Source of the DNA: a virus
Taxonomy: Duplodnaviria > Heunggongvirae > Uroviricota > Caudoviricetes
Reading direction: 5' to 3' (one strand)
Virus record (IMG/VR): IMGVR_UViG_2799112923_000002
Location: 64,001 to 128,000 of that record
Length of the DNA: 64,000 bases
In this document: positions 20,903 to 32,411 of the stretch, in pieces
How positions within the stretch are numbered: the stretch's first letter is position 1
Layout of the letters: every line of letters starts with the position of its first letter
Translations under genes and position numbers: made by a program
The notes under the pieces: model-generated
Told to the model about the DNA's origin: nothing
The model's database searches: none
What the model saw: the letters and a program-made list of their open reading frames with translations, nothing else

Positions 20903-21086
20903 AAAAGAAGGCTGACAATTAAACCCTAATGATAAATTAGTAAATGCTATTTTAAAAAGAATAGAGATGAATGATGGAGAATGTCCTTGTGAAAATAATT
21001 CAGAAGATAAACATTGTCCTTGTTCAGATTATAGAGATAATGATATTTGCCATTGTACTTTATATATTAAAAATGACATATTATAA
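20886..21086 (+). CDS. Ferredoxin-thioredoxin reductase catalytic subunit-like protein, 66 aa
   Basis: GW(TGA)QLNPND...GECPC...HCPC...ICHCTLY gives the CPC/CPC/CHC signature. Confidence 0.8.
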
Positions 21087-21252
21087 AGTTTCTGAAGAAG
21101 ATTTGCTTCAATTATATCGTGACGCATGTGATCTTGACTCAATAAAACAATATGTGCAAGATTGGAAAATTGAATTTCAAGAGGCATTTGACGATATAAG
21201 CGATGAAGAATTACTCGAAGCAATAAACAGTTGTTATGAAATTATAGACTAA
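21073..21252 (+). CDS. Hypothetical protein, 59 aa
   Basis: ATG at 21073 overlaps the previous stop; acidic small protein. Confidence 0.6.
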   Translation: MTYYKVSEEDLLQLYRDACDLDSIKQYVQDWKIEFQEAFDDISDEELLEAINSCYEIID

Positions 21253-21473
21253 TGCAAGTAATTATATTTGATAAATTCTTTCATTGTATATATAGAGTTC
21301 AAAATGTTCCTAGAGAATGACATTTTGATCAAGTTGCTAAGGCATTAGAACTACGACATGCACCATCAGAATATGAAGCGTTTAGAATGGATGACTCTGC
21401 TGATTTATGTATAGATGATTATAAGTATGAAGATGGAGAACTAAAACTAACTAGTTCTACCTGTTATGATTAA
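21252..21473 (+). CDS. Hypothetical protein, 73 aa (TGA=Trp)
   Basis: ATG coupled to the previous TAA, one TGA, stop overlapping the dut start region. Confidence 0.6.
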
Positions 21474-21924
21474 AAAATACAATATGGTTAATATTGAAAT
21501 TAAAAAATTAGACGAAAGAGCAATAATTCCTGAATATAAAACAGATTTAGCTGCTGGAATGGATTTATATGGACTATTGGATGCACCTATTATTCTAAAT
21601 CCTTTAGACAGAATATTAGTTAAAACCGGACTTTCAATTGCATTACCTGCAGGATATGAAGCACAGATTCGTCCTAGAAGTGGATTTGCATTAAAGCAAG
21701 GTATTACTGTTCTTAACACTCCTGGTACAATTGATGCCGATTATAGAGGTGAAATTGGAGTAATATTAGTAAACTTATCTAATAATCCTGTTGAAATAAA
21801 TCCAATGGAACGTATTGCTCAAATGGTTATTGCTAAACACGAAGTTGCTAATTTTACTGAAGTTGATACATTATCAGATACAGAACGTGGTTCTGGTGGA
21901 TTTGGTAGTACTGGAAAACAATAA
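21466..21924 (+). CDS. dut: dUTPase (trimeric)
   Basis: [29 protein letters not shown] and [10 protein letters not shown]. Confidence 0.96.
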   Translation: MIKKYNMVNIEIKKLDERAIIPEYKTDLAAGMDLYGLLDAPIILNPLDRILVKTGLSIALPAGYEAQIRPRSGFALKQGITVLNTPGTIDADYRGEIGVILVNLSNNPVEINPMERIAQMVIAKHEVANFTEVDTLSDTERGSGGFGSTGKQ

Positions 21925-23105
21925 TGATTAGTCTTAAAGACACTGCAATTACAAGAGATGCAAAATCTAAAATTAGAGTAATTAACATCTCTTGTAATTG
22001 ATCTGAAGAACTTCACGCTTATATTATCGAAAGATCTAGCGGTCTTCTTAATGGAAGATTAGTTATAGCACCTGTTATAACAATAGATCACGGTAAAGTA
22101 AAAAGAACAATTGATCAACAGGCTGAATTACAATACAATAGCGAACTTAAAAAATATCTTGATAAGGGTTATAAAAACATTAAGGATCTTGGAATTGAAA
22201 ATCTTACTTTAGAAACAGCTGAAGAAGCATTACCTGAAACTAATACAGATCAAAACGGATCAATCAAACCAATGTTATGTAAGGTAATGGATCGTGATAA
22301 AACTTCTCAAACAGATAAACAATGGTTGGCAAGTTATAAACATGATGGTGTACGCTGTCTACTTTTCTTAAGAGATGGAGAAGTACACACTGCATCCAGA
22401 GGTGGACAAGATTATGATATCCCTGCAACGTACATTCGTCAAGATCCATATGTTATTCAAATTTTTAATGAAAACCCAGATATGATATTAGATGGAGAAA
22501 TCTATAGACACTTATGGAATCTCCAAACAATTAGTGGACTTTGTAGACGTGAAGAACTTGTTGAAGAACATAAAGAATTGGTATTTCATTGTTATGATAT
22601 CGTTGATACTACGTTACCGTTTAAAATTCGTGCACAAAAACTTGGAATGTTTAACAAATCAAGACCAAATGATTCCAGAATCATATTCGTGGAACATCGA
22701 CCTGTGAAAGGATTGGCTCAAATCATGCAAATGCACGATGAAGCTATAGCAAATGGATATGAAGGATTGGTAGTTAGAGATCCAGAAAAAGAATATAAAC
22801 CTGGTGCTCGAGATAACAGAATGATGAAAATTAAATTATTTACTGATTCTGAATTTAAAATAGTAGGTCTTGTTGAAGGATTGCGTGATGAAGATATGTG
22901 TTTCTTAATGGAAACCGAAGATGGCACTCAATTTAAAGCAAAACCTATTGGTGATAGACAACAAAAACAATGGTATAGAGACCATTTAGACGAAATAATT
23001 GGTAAAATGGGAACTGTTAAATATTTTGGAATGACTAACTCTGAACACCCTGTTCCAAACCTTCCTTCTTTTAGGACAGTTCGATGGGACGCAGATATTG
23101 ATTAA
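21924..23105 (+). CDS. ATP-dependent DNA ligase, 393 aa (one TGA=Trp)
   Basis: Motif I YKHDGVR, DGEIY, FHCYD, EGLVVR and MMKIK. The N-terminus extends to ATG 21924 through TGA at 21999. Confidence 0.9.
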
Positions 23106-23568
23106 AAAAATAAATAATATGATGTATTCAAAAGAACAAATCGAAACTCTTAGAAATGATCCGTTTGTTAAATTGGTATCATTTCTTTTAAACGATCCAG
23201 AAGCTTTAGATAAAGCAATTGAAGAAGTTGAAGCAGAAAATGCTAAAAAGGATAAACAACCTGTTTCAAAAACACCTTGTACAACTACAGAAGACAACTT
23301 TATTCCAATTATAAATAAGGATGTATATAACGCTATTTTAGATCAGGTATTTTTATATAAAAAGAATATTCATGATCTAAACGATCTAGGATTTACTTTT
23401 GATCCAGGTGTTATGAAAAATATAAATCATCCTTTACTTAATATAATCTGTTTACTATTTACTTCTATTTGGAATGATGAATTTACTTCAAGTTTTATTA
23501 ATCTTTTATTTGATGATAAAGCTTGTAGAAACGATTTTGAAGAACTTTATAAAATATATTGTGAATAG
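23098..23568 (+). CDS. Hypothetical protein (start may be ATG 23119)
   Basis: ORF in the operon, coupled to its neighbours. Confidence 0.65.
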   Translation: MIKKINNMMYSKEQIETLRNDPFVKLVSFLLNDPEALDKAIEEVEAENAKKDKQPVSKTPCTTTEDNFIPIINKDVYNAILDQVFLYKKNIHDLNDLGFTFDPGVMKNINHPLLNIICLLFTSIWNDEFTSSFINLLFDDKACRNDFEELYKIYCE

Positions 23569-23992
23569 TCAAGAATTTATTACTTATATTAATGAAGCAA
23601 TTCGACAAGAAATGCTTCTTGGTCAAGCAAGAAATGAAATTAAACTTCAAGGTTTAAGAAATATTAAATCTGATTTTACTTACATTTCTTCAAATAATAC
23701 TAAAATGGAAGCAGTCGATATTGTAAAACGACTTTATAAAGAAAGAGAAGAGAATACTAATATCTATGCGAATACAGATCGAAAAGATCTATGGTTGCAA
23801 GAAAATACTGAAAAAAATCTTCTTAAAAGCTGGCTTCCAAAAGAACCTTCAAAGGAAGATGTAATAAACTTCCTTAATACACTTACTGAAATTCCAAAAC
23901 AAAAAAGTTCTTTTAAGAAATTTCAAGACGCTTGTTCAGAAAAATTTGGACAAAAAATCGATTCTGGAATTATATTGGAATTTCTTTCTTAA
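23561..23992 (+). CDS. GatB/YqeY-like domain protein, 143 aa
   Basis: AIRQEM...ARNEIKLQGLRNIKS...IVKRLYKEREE...IY...RKDL..QE..E..LLKSWLPK matches the YqeY pattern; GTG start. Confidence 0.7.
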   Translation: MNSQEFITYINEAIRQEMLLGQARNEIKLQGLRNIKSDFTYISSNNTKMEAVDIVKRLYKEREENTNIYANTDRKDLWLQENTEKNLLKSWLPKEPSKEDVINFLNTLTEIPKQKSSFKKFQDACSEKFGQKIDSGIILEFLS

Positions 23993-24005
23993 ATTGAAAA
24001 TTTAC

Positions 24006-24057
24006 GGCTTTTCCTGCCATTTAAGACATACATATATATTGAATGGCAGGAGAGGTC
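24006..24057 (+). promoter_or_regulatory. Long intergenic RNA hairpin
   Basis: About 17-bp stem (CTTTTCCTGCCATTT/GAATGGCAGGAGAGG) with G-U pairs valid on the + strand; 18-nt loop. Confidence 0.55.
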
Positions 24058-24234
24058 ATCTTATATTTATAAGTTGGAAATATATTGTTTATTTTCAATA
24101 ATTTAAAATTAAAATTATGACACAAGATATTTTATCATTGTTAGTATTAACACTTAATCCAGTAAATCTATATCATTTACAACCTTTTTTACTAACAATG
24201 CGTAACTTTTATCAAATACGCAATATCATTAAAT

Positions 24235-24888
24235 ATGCCATCTGGAATGAATTTATTGGAAAACTTGATAGAAAATAAAGACGTTTTGTATATTTATGAA
24301 ATAGGTTTACAAATTTATGGATTGTTTACAGATTCAGAAGATAGAGACTTTTTATTAATTGTTTCAGATGATTATATTGTTCCTGAAGAACTAAAGGACA
24401 ATGAACATATCACAATATATCGTATTTCTGATTGGTTTAAAAAGGTTTTATTAAACGAAATGATCGCATGAGAATGCGCATGTCTTCCAAAAAAATATGT
24501 TATTAAGGAACATGTAAAATTACTGTTACAAACAAATCCGCTTCAACTTCGAAAAGAGTTTGATGAAACTTATAAATATACATTTGCTAGTGCTCAAGCA
24601 AACATTTTAAAGGATAAGCCTATAACTGGTCAGAAAGGATTGTGAACAATCGTTAAATATTTAAAATTTGCAAATCAGATTATAGAAAATCACAAAATAG
24701 TAAATTTTAAAGACGTAGCTGAAGATTATAGACAAATCGTTAATGGACAAATTTCTGATTTAGATTCAATACTAAATATTTTTAATGAAAGATTGTCTAA
24801 TCCGTTACAACTATTTAAAAAATATACAGATGGTCCATTAAAGGCGAGTAAGATTAAGAAAATTCTTCAGAATAAAAAGATTAAATAA
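24235..24888 (+). CDS. Nucleotidyltransferase-like (Pol beta superfamily) protein, 217 aa (TGA=Trp)
   Basis: EIGLQIYG...DSEDRDFLLIV resembles GS..YG...SDxD; read through TGA to TAA 24886-24888. Confidence 0.55.
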
Positions 24889-24889
24889 T

Positions 24890-25054
24890 ATGAAAGAATA
24901 TAATTTTAGAGTGTATATTGAAGATAAAACAGAATTAAACACAATATTACACGCTAAAAATGAAGACGAAGCATGAATGTTTGTCAAACGACAATATTCA
25001 CCTGCAAAGGGTTTTAAATACGAATTAATCAATGTTTCAAACAAAAGTAACTAG
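24890..25054 (+). CDS. Hypothetical protein, 54 aa (TGA=Trp)
   Basis: MKEYNFRVYIE...AKNEDEAWMFVK; ends at TAG. Confidence 0.6.
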
Positions 25055-25616
25055 AGCAGAATTTGCTACAACTTGAAAAAGAGCGTTAAACGCTGCTAGA
25101 AGAACGGTAGGTAAAAAGCCTCTTGACAAAGAACCATCTAAAAGTTGGGAGGCTAAAATGCTTCTTGCCGAACATTCACCAATACGTTTAGTTGAATATG
25201 ACATTTCTTTTGAAGATATAAAACAATGAGTTACTGTACATTTAGTTAGACATTGGCTTGGATTTATTCCATTTGTTCATTCTCAACGGGAAGATAGAAG
25301 AAAATTAGATGTTCCAAGAGATGAATTACCTCAGGGTGCATTAAATGATATGGATGTTTCTGTAAATGCACAATCAATGATAAATGTATCTCGAAAAAGG
25401 CTATGTCAGAAAGCTTCTCCTGAAACTAGAGATGCTTGACAAAAAGTCGTTGATGCCGTTGGTAAAATAGATCCTATAATGGCAGAAAAATGTGTTCCAA
25501 ATTGTGTTTATCGAGGATTTTGTCCAGAAATGGAAAGTTGTGGATTTGTTAATTCTCCTAAATTTAAAGAAATGCTTGAAAAATATAGAAATACAAATTA
25601 TGATGAATCCAAGTAA
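25032..25616 (+). CDS. thyX: Flavin-dependent thymidylate synthase, 194 aa (TGA=Trp)
   Basis: AEHSPIR, VHLVRH, VHSQR, RKRLC and CVYRGFCPE. Absent from the ORF track. Confidence 0.85.
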
Positions 25617-25983
25617 AATATGTTGTTTTGGAGGATGAATTGCTCCTAATGGAGATTATTATGGATTAAACGACGATGATATACAATACATTCATATTGC
25701 TCTATCTAATCGTTTGATGCAAGATGGATTAATTCCTCCTCAACAAAATCCAGATAGATGGTTAGAAAAGAATGGATGAATCAAGCAGCATGGGAATCAT
25801 ATTTGTACACTTGATAGAAAAGACTATGATTATTGTATAACTCAAGAACAGTTAAACACATTAAGAGATATTATAGGTCAGGATTATATGTGGCTTGAGT
25901 TTGTTAATCAAGAAAAAACAGTCTTTATAAACGAATTACTTGATTTAAATGAATGAGAACTTCATTATCTTCTCATAAATTAA
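25600..25983 (+). CDS. Hypothetical protein, 127 aa (TGA=Trp)
   Basis: GGW(TGA)IAPNGDYY...H...WLEKNGW; overlaps both neighbours. Confidence 0.7.
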
Positions 25984-26663
25984 TATGTATAGCGGGACTT
26001 AAAAATTCCGGAAAAGATTCTGTTGCAAAAATGTTAGAATATCTTTTAAATGCACCTAAGCCATTTAGAACATATTTCTGATATAATATATTTAAAAAAT
26101 GGTCTGGTAAATGAAGTATAACAGCATTTGCCAAACCTTTAAAACAAACATTATCAATTATTTTAAATGTACCATTAAAATGATTGGATGATAGATCTGT
26201 TAAAGAAAATATGTATGTCGATTTAGGAGATCTTAGATTAATTGACGGATGACTTTTGGATGAAAACGATATTTTATCCGAAAATAAATTTTCTAAATTA
26301 ATTAAGTCAGGAGAACCGTTAACAGGTTATCTTTCTATACGTCAATTAATGCAATATTATGGTACAAATGTTATAAGACGTTTTCTTGGAGATAAAACTT
26401 GAATAAATGCAACTTTAAATCAATCTGAAAATAAGAATATTATTATATCTGATTTGAGATTTAAAGTTGAATATAGCGAAGTAAAACTTAGAAATGGAAT
26501 CGTTATTTATATTGAACGTCCGGAATGCGTTCCGGGTTCACATTCATCAGAACGAGAAGTTTTAGATATGAAAGAACAAAATCTGTTTGATTTTATCATA
26601 AGAAACGATGGTTCTTTAAAAGATTTATTTGACAGCATTAAAAACATTATTTATGGATGCTAA
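25953..26663 (+). CDS. Deoxynucleoside monophosphate kinase, 236 aa (TGA=Trp)
   Basis: P-loop IAGLKNSGKDS, AFAKPLK, RQLMQYYGT and ISDLRF. Confidence 0.85.
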
Positions 26664-26886
26664 AGAACTTATTATAAAATTAATTGATGCCAATGCTATT
26701 TCTGGAGAAGAAGCTTTAATATTATTTGAAGCTATAAATAAACCTAAAGAAATAGAAAGAATAGAAAAGATTATAGAAAAGTATCCTTGATGGAAATACG
26801 ATTATACAACAACCTATCCATGAAAAACAACTGATTATGAAATAACGTGTGCTTCATCAAACGCTACTTCAATAAATGATAAATAA
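26653..26886 (+). CDS. Hypothetical protein, 77 aa (TGA=Trp)
   Basis: Last + strand gene before the convergent terminators. Confidence 0.65.
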
Positions 26887-26929
26887 CAAAGTAATAGATA
26901 CAAAAAGCCCCTGCACTATAGGGTATATA

Positions 26930-26968
26930 AATAAAGCCGCTTCCATTAGGAGGCGGCTTTATTTTTTT
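26930..26968. terminator. Bidirectional terminator at the strand-switch point
   Basis: AAAGCCGCTTCC/GGAGGCGGCTTT stem with T-rich flanks on both strands. Confidence 0.8.
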
Positions 26969-27467
26969 CTCGACGTTCTTTTTGTTTTTGACGTAGTTCT
27001 TCTCTATGTTCTTCTCTATATTTTCTCTGATATTCTTTATATTTATCCTTTTGTTCTTCAGTAAGGCTTTCACGATACTTTTTTAAGTACTCGTTCATGT
27101 ATCCCTTTCTTTCTGGACGCTTTGCACGTTCTTTATAATATTCACGTCTATCTCGTTTTTCTTCATAGTTTTTTCTATATTCCTCAGATTCGGTTCTAAA
27201 TTTTTTCTTGTGATGTATCAATGCATCAGATGGTATAAAATCTTTTTGTATTTCTTTTACAACAGATTCTGGTAATTTGTATCATTCACCAGTACCTTCA
27301 TAATTACAAAAACTTATTTGATAACGTTTCTCATCTTGTTTTGTTCCATCTTTTATACCCAATAATTCAGCAATTGGATTATCAGATGCATATGCTTTCA
27401 TTCTAGAATTAAGGTTTTCTGTAAAGCCTACTTTATAATAATCTAACGTTTTTAAAAAGTATAACAT
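26946..27467 (-). CDS. T5orf172/GIY-YIG-like nuclease domain plus charged helical tail, 173 aa (TGA=Trp)
   Basis: MLYF...YKVGFTENLNSRMKAY..DNP...E..Y...GEW(TGA)Y. Two track ORFs are in frame. Confidence 0.65.
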
Positions 27468-27482
27468 TTTAATATTTTTAAT

Positions 27483-27530
27483 AAAAGCCCCTATTATCGT
27501 TCTCTGAATGATGTAGGGGCTTATTTTTTT
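27483..27530. terminator. Terminator ending the giant-gene operon
   Basis: AAGCCCCTA/TAGGGGCTT stem with T-runs on both strands. Confidence 0.75.
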
Positions 27531-27534
27531 AACT

Positions 27535-30500
27535 TTAATACTGTTTAAAAAATCCTGTTAGTTCTCTTGTTGCACCAAATGTTTGTACAAAACCTTCTGG
27601 TAATGATTTTGTTCCTGTTAAAACACTTTGAGTTGTTTGAGCTAATCTTTGTAATGTAAGTAACGATGGCGGATTCCAGTCTCCAACCATACTACCTAAT
27701 ACTTGATGAATAGGACCATCTTCTGCCATACCCATAAGAACACCATATGTTCATTGTGTTATTCAATTTTGAGCAGAACGATTATTTTTAACATCATCTC
27801 CGAAAATTAAATTAATTAATCCCGCAAATAACATCATTCCTCACATATCAATAACACTACAAATAAAATTCCCACGTTTTACTGGATCGTTTCGTCACAT
27901 ATTTAAAAATTCAGCAGGACCCATAGATATTAATGTTGCTGTGAAATCCACAACACTTTGTACCATTCCCTCTGAATACATACCCTCTTGTACAATATAT
28001 GGAGTTACATTTCCAGATTTTAACATTTCTGGTGTAATTTGTGACTCTGTTATAAATTCAATTGGAGGTAAACCAGATTCAATTTCTTCTGGCGTATGAG
28101 ATAAAATATAAAGAGGATTTCCATTTATATCTTTTTTATGAACCTGTTGTCATATATTAGTAAAACCTGGATTTTTTAATCATTGATCAATTTTTGCAGA
28201 TAATCATGTTTTATATTGCATTATAGCAGATCCTATAAATTGATATGTCATTAATGATTTCTGATCCGAATCAAAATAACCGTATAATCTACCACATTGT
28301 AATTGTACAGAACGAATTTCACTTGGAGTAAACGCTTCTGGTAAAGAAATTATATTTTCATCTGGATGTAATGTTCTTCATTCTTCTAATGCGGCATTTC
28401 ATTTAGCTTGTGCAACAGCATATTGTGCAGCACTTCCCATACTTGAATCCCATTCTTTAAACACTGGTTCTGGAGAATCAGTTAAGTATTTTGAAAATCT
28501 ACTATCTTTTCTTGCATCATATTTTAAGAACCCATGTTCATCTAATTGATACGCTTCAAAACAACCAGCACCATGTAATTGTGCAATTGCAATAGCAACT
28601 CTATAATAATTATCTGGAATTGTTGTTCCTAAATATGCTAAATTATCAAGATCTACAGTTCTTAATCCGAAATCACTAATATAATTAGATTTTCCAATTT
28701 CATCTCTTCCTTGTCCTACTAAACCAAATTTTCTATTTAATTGTCCAACTATTTGTTTTTTATCTAAATTAGCAGGAGCATTTTTAAATACATACATCAT
28801 CCCAAATGCAAAATCTTCTGCTGTTATTCCAGGTAATTGCGAATTACCAGCACGTAAAAAACCAGTATATAAAGATACTAACATTTCACGAGTGAAAGCT
28901 CTTGTATTGAATCCTAATGCAATTCCACTAGTTATTTTCTTAATTTCACCAAGAACTTTGTTTGCAAATTGTAAAGATGGATCCATAATGTTTCTACCCT
29001 TATATATTGCATCAATATATTTAGATACAAAATTTTTAATTTCTGGAATTTTTTCTCCACCAAATAACTCATTTGCATTGATAGCTGTTTTCATCGCAGC
29101 ATATAAATAACCATAAGTTTGTGATGCATCTGCTACAGATTGTGCAGCAATAACTGTACCTAAAATAGCTTCAAGATCTGTAGAATATACTGTTGTTGGA
29201 TCATTACATCAAGTAGCACGCTGTTCATCTGTATAGATACAATATCTATTCGTTAATGCTTGTGTTAAATCCAAATCGTCTTTATTATCTTTATCAATTT
29301 TGCCATAAAGTTCTTCATCACCAAAATAAAAAGTTTCAGCAGTACGAACAAAATTAGAAATTTTCTTTTTAACAACATCAGCAACACCTTTAATTCCATT
29401 ATCTAATGCGTTTTCTGTAATTGCGTCTAAAAATTTACCTTTAGATAAAGGAATTTCATAATATTTCTGAATATTTGCTTGTTCGTATGTTGGAGCAGAA
29501 CTTGTTAAATGAATATCTTTATATTGAGCTAATGTGTCAAGAATATATTTAAATGCGGCCTTTGATTTTGGTTTTCCGTTTCAAAATGGATCAGAGAAGT
29601 TAATAATTTTCATTGATTTAGATACTCTTCTATTTTCTTTAACAAAAAACTGCTTTCAGAAATCTCCTCTAGACATGGTATTTGGATTATATCCACATTC
29701 TTTATATATTTCTTCAAGTCGTTTTTTCATTTCATCTATTCTACCATTATTTATTTTAGAATATTCGTATCTAAATTCTCCAGATAATTTGTCTAACATT
29801 CTAATACTAGTAACATTCGATGCACCTGCGTTTTGAATGAAAGATCCAATAGGTAAAGCTCCACCTTGTAGAATAGCACCTCTATCGTGTTCGAGTGGAG
29901 TTTGTAACTTACGATTTATTCTTAAAGCGTCATATAAACAATAGATTGCATATCCATTTACATTTTGTAAATTTGCCGTACCATCTTCATTTACTGCTTG
30001 TGAATCTTTACTTTTAATAATATTTATTAATTTAATTATTTGAGCTTCTGTTTCAAGTGTATTATCGAAATAAGATTTCACATGACCTCACATAGAGGTT
30101 GTATAAAGAATATCATGTGCTTCTGATATAGCTGCATCAACTGGTTTTACAAATGAAGATTTAGAAATTGGAACCAATTTACCATTAGATAAGGAACATA
30201 ATCTTGTTCAATTATTATACAACGTATCGTTATCAGTTCACGCTTCTGTTTTATGCCAAGGATTTATTACTTTTAGATTTTGTAACTTTAACTCTCCGTT
30301 TCTAAGAATGTTTGAATCTTTTGAAACGATATCAAGCGCTTTCATTAAAATAAAGTTACCTCTCTGAGAAGAAAGAATATTTACACCATCTTCTTTTTCT
30401 TGAGAAAGTCCATTTGTAATACTTTTTAACGGTCGTCTTTTAGTTCCAAAATTTTTAGTATAATGTAAACTATCATGAGTTAACATGACAATTTCTACAT

Positions 30501-32409
30501 TTTTATTATTATGAAAAATAAATACACCATTTTGAATTAACGCACTATTTGGATCGTTTGCACCATAAAGAGTTCAACCTCCAGTCATATATTTATTTAG
30601 AGCCGTTCTTAAAAATTGAATTTCAGATGGTTTGTTTTGTCCTAAAAACGATTCAAATGCTTGTTCGATGAATGATTCATCTTGACCTTGTACTTGATAA
30701 ATATTTCTAAAATCTTTTGCAAATTCATAATATTGATTTTGTAAAGACTCATTCATTTTTTCACAATATTTCTCTAATATAGGACGAACTTCAGATTCAT
30801 CGTCAGATTTAAAGAAAATTGGTTGGCCTTTGCCATAACCCATATCAATTTTTGGAGAAATATACATTACATGAGTAAAACCTTCACGTCTTTTTGGATC
30901 ATCGGATGCTAATTCACGAATACGACTTTCTCTAACTTTATTACCGTTTTCATCTTTACCAAGATAAAAATCAACAGTTACTTGAAAATCTTTATCAAAA
31001 TCACCTTCTTTTAACCCATAAATTAAACGCATATCTTCACTAACATCTGCAATTTCTTTTAAAACTAATGGAGCAATTTCACTTACAGACGCTCTCATTG
31101 CAGGAAGATACTTATGCATAATGTTTGGAGTAGAAGATCTTCTTCTAGAATCACGAACTTCATCTCATTTTTCAGTAGAACGATCTAATTTTAGACTGGT
31201 GATATTTGTATGATTGTCACTAGAATCGGCAACTCTTATGTTTCTTCCATCAACAGATAAATCTTTTAATTTTATATTTGAAGGATAACCATCAGCATCA
31301 TTATTATATGAAACTGTAATAGGAACAACTTCTCCGGATCCAGCTTCAATTCCTCAAGTTTCTAAGATTGCAAGATATAAAGCAATTTGTTCCATTGCTT
31401 CAACCTTTTTTGATGAAACCCATTCACCTTTTGGAATTTTTTTATTGTCCATTTCCATTCAATCTCCAACTTCCTTTTCAGCAGTTGTTTTAAAATCAAA
31501 TACATATGCTTTTCCTTGATCTATAACTAATAAGTCAATTCTACCAAGTACTCCATCGAAATCCTTACCAAGTTTTTCTTTTAATACTCTTTTAGTAGGA
31601 CCGTCTATATGATCTGAAAATATTTCAAACTCTGGAAGAAATATTGCATTCTTTGAAAAATGATACTTACCAATAACTTCATTAAAAATTGTTTTTGTAT
31701 CATCAAAAACATTTTGTTGATCTGTAGTTGTTAATACATAACCTGGACGAAGTGAAGTTTTTTTACCCATTTTTTCATTAGCATGAACTTCCATCATCGA
31801 GTGAATATCTTGACCAACTTTTTGAGATAACTCTCGTTTAATTAAATATTTTCCTCATAATTCCTTTTTACGAGCCTCAACTTTTGCTCGTCAAGCAGAT
31901 TCAGTAGCATCACTTTGACCATGTGTTTTTACAAATTCTGACTTTTCAGAATTCATATCCTCTTCAACTCTATCTTTGAAGATTGTTTCATATTCTAAAT
32001 CATCTGTTCCAGTGGCCATTGCACGATTGACATCTTTTCTATTACCAGCAGTATTGATATAATCTGTTGCACCAATGAGATGTTCGTATTTTGTTCCAGA
32101 ACCAATTACTAAGTTTCATCTATCTAGTGTTTCATCATATTCAAAATCAGCACTAGAAGAACTTGTTCTTTTAACAGCATCTGGACGATGTTTTAATGCT
32201 TCTGTTATTTGATTAATTTTTTCTAAAGCTTGTGTTTGTACATCAGGACTGTCAAAAATGAAGTCTCTACCTTTTACAAACTTTTCATAAAGTTTTTGGC
32301 GATTTTTTGGGTCACGGAAAAAGTTTTCCGCAACCCAATTATCGACCAATTTTTCAGAATCAAAAGATTCTTCTTTGTTATTTAGTTTTACTCTATATAC
32401 ACATTTCAT
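27535..32409 (-). CDS. Giant virion (ejection) protein with PD-(D/E)XK nuclease domain, 1624 aa
   Basis: Seven track ORFs are in one frame, separated by TGA. GRIDLLVID...FDFKT...EQIALY near 31370-31550; hydrophobic helix near the C-terminus. Confidence 0.8.
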
Positions 32410-32411
32410 AT

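Noticed and set aside
1259-23297. Minus-strand track ORFs opposite the replication genes (e.g. 1259-1513, 3750-3962, 8177-8464, 21447-21719)
   Set aside because: They are shadow ORFs antisense to well-supported genes and carry no recognizable motifs.
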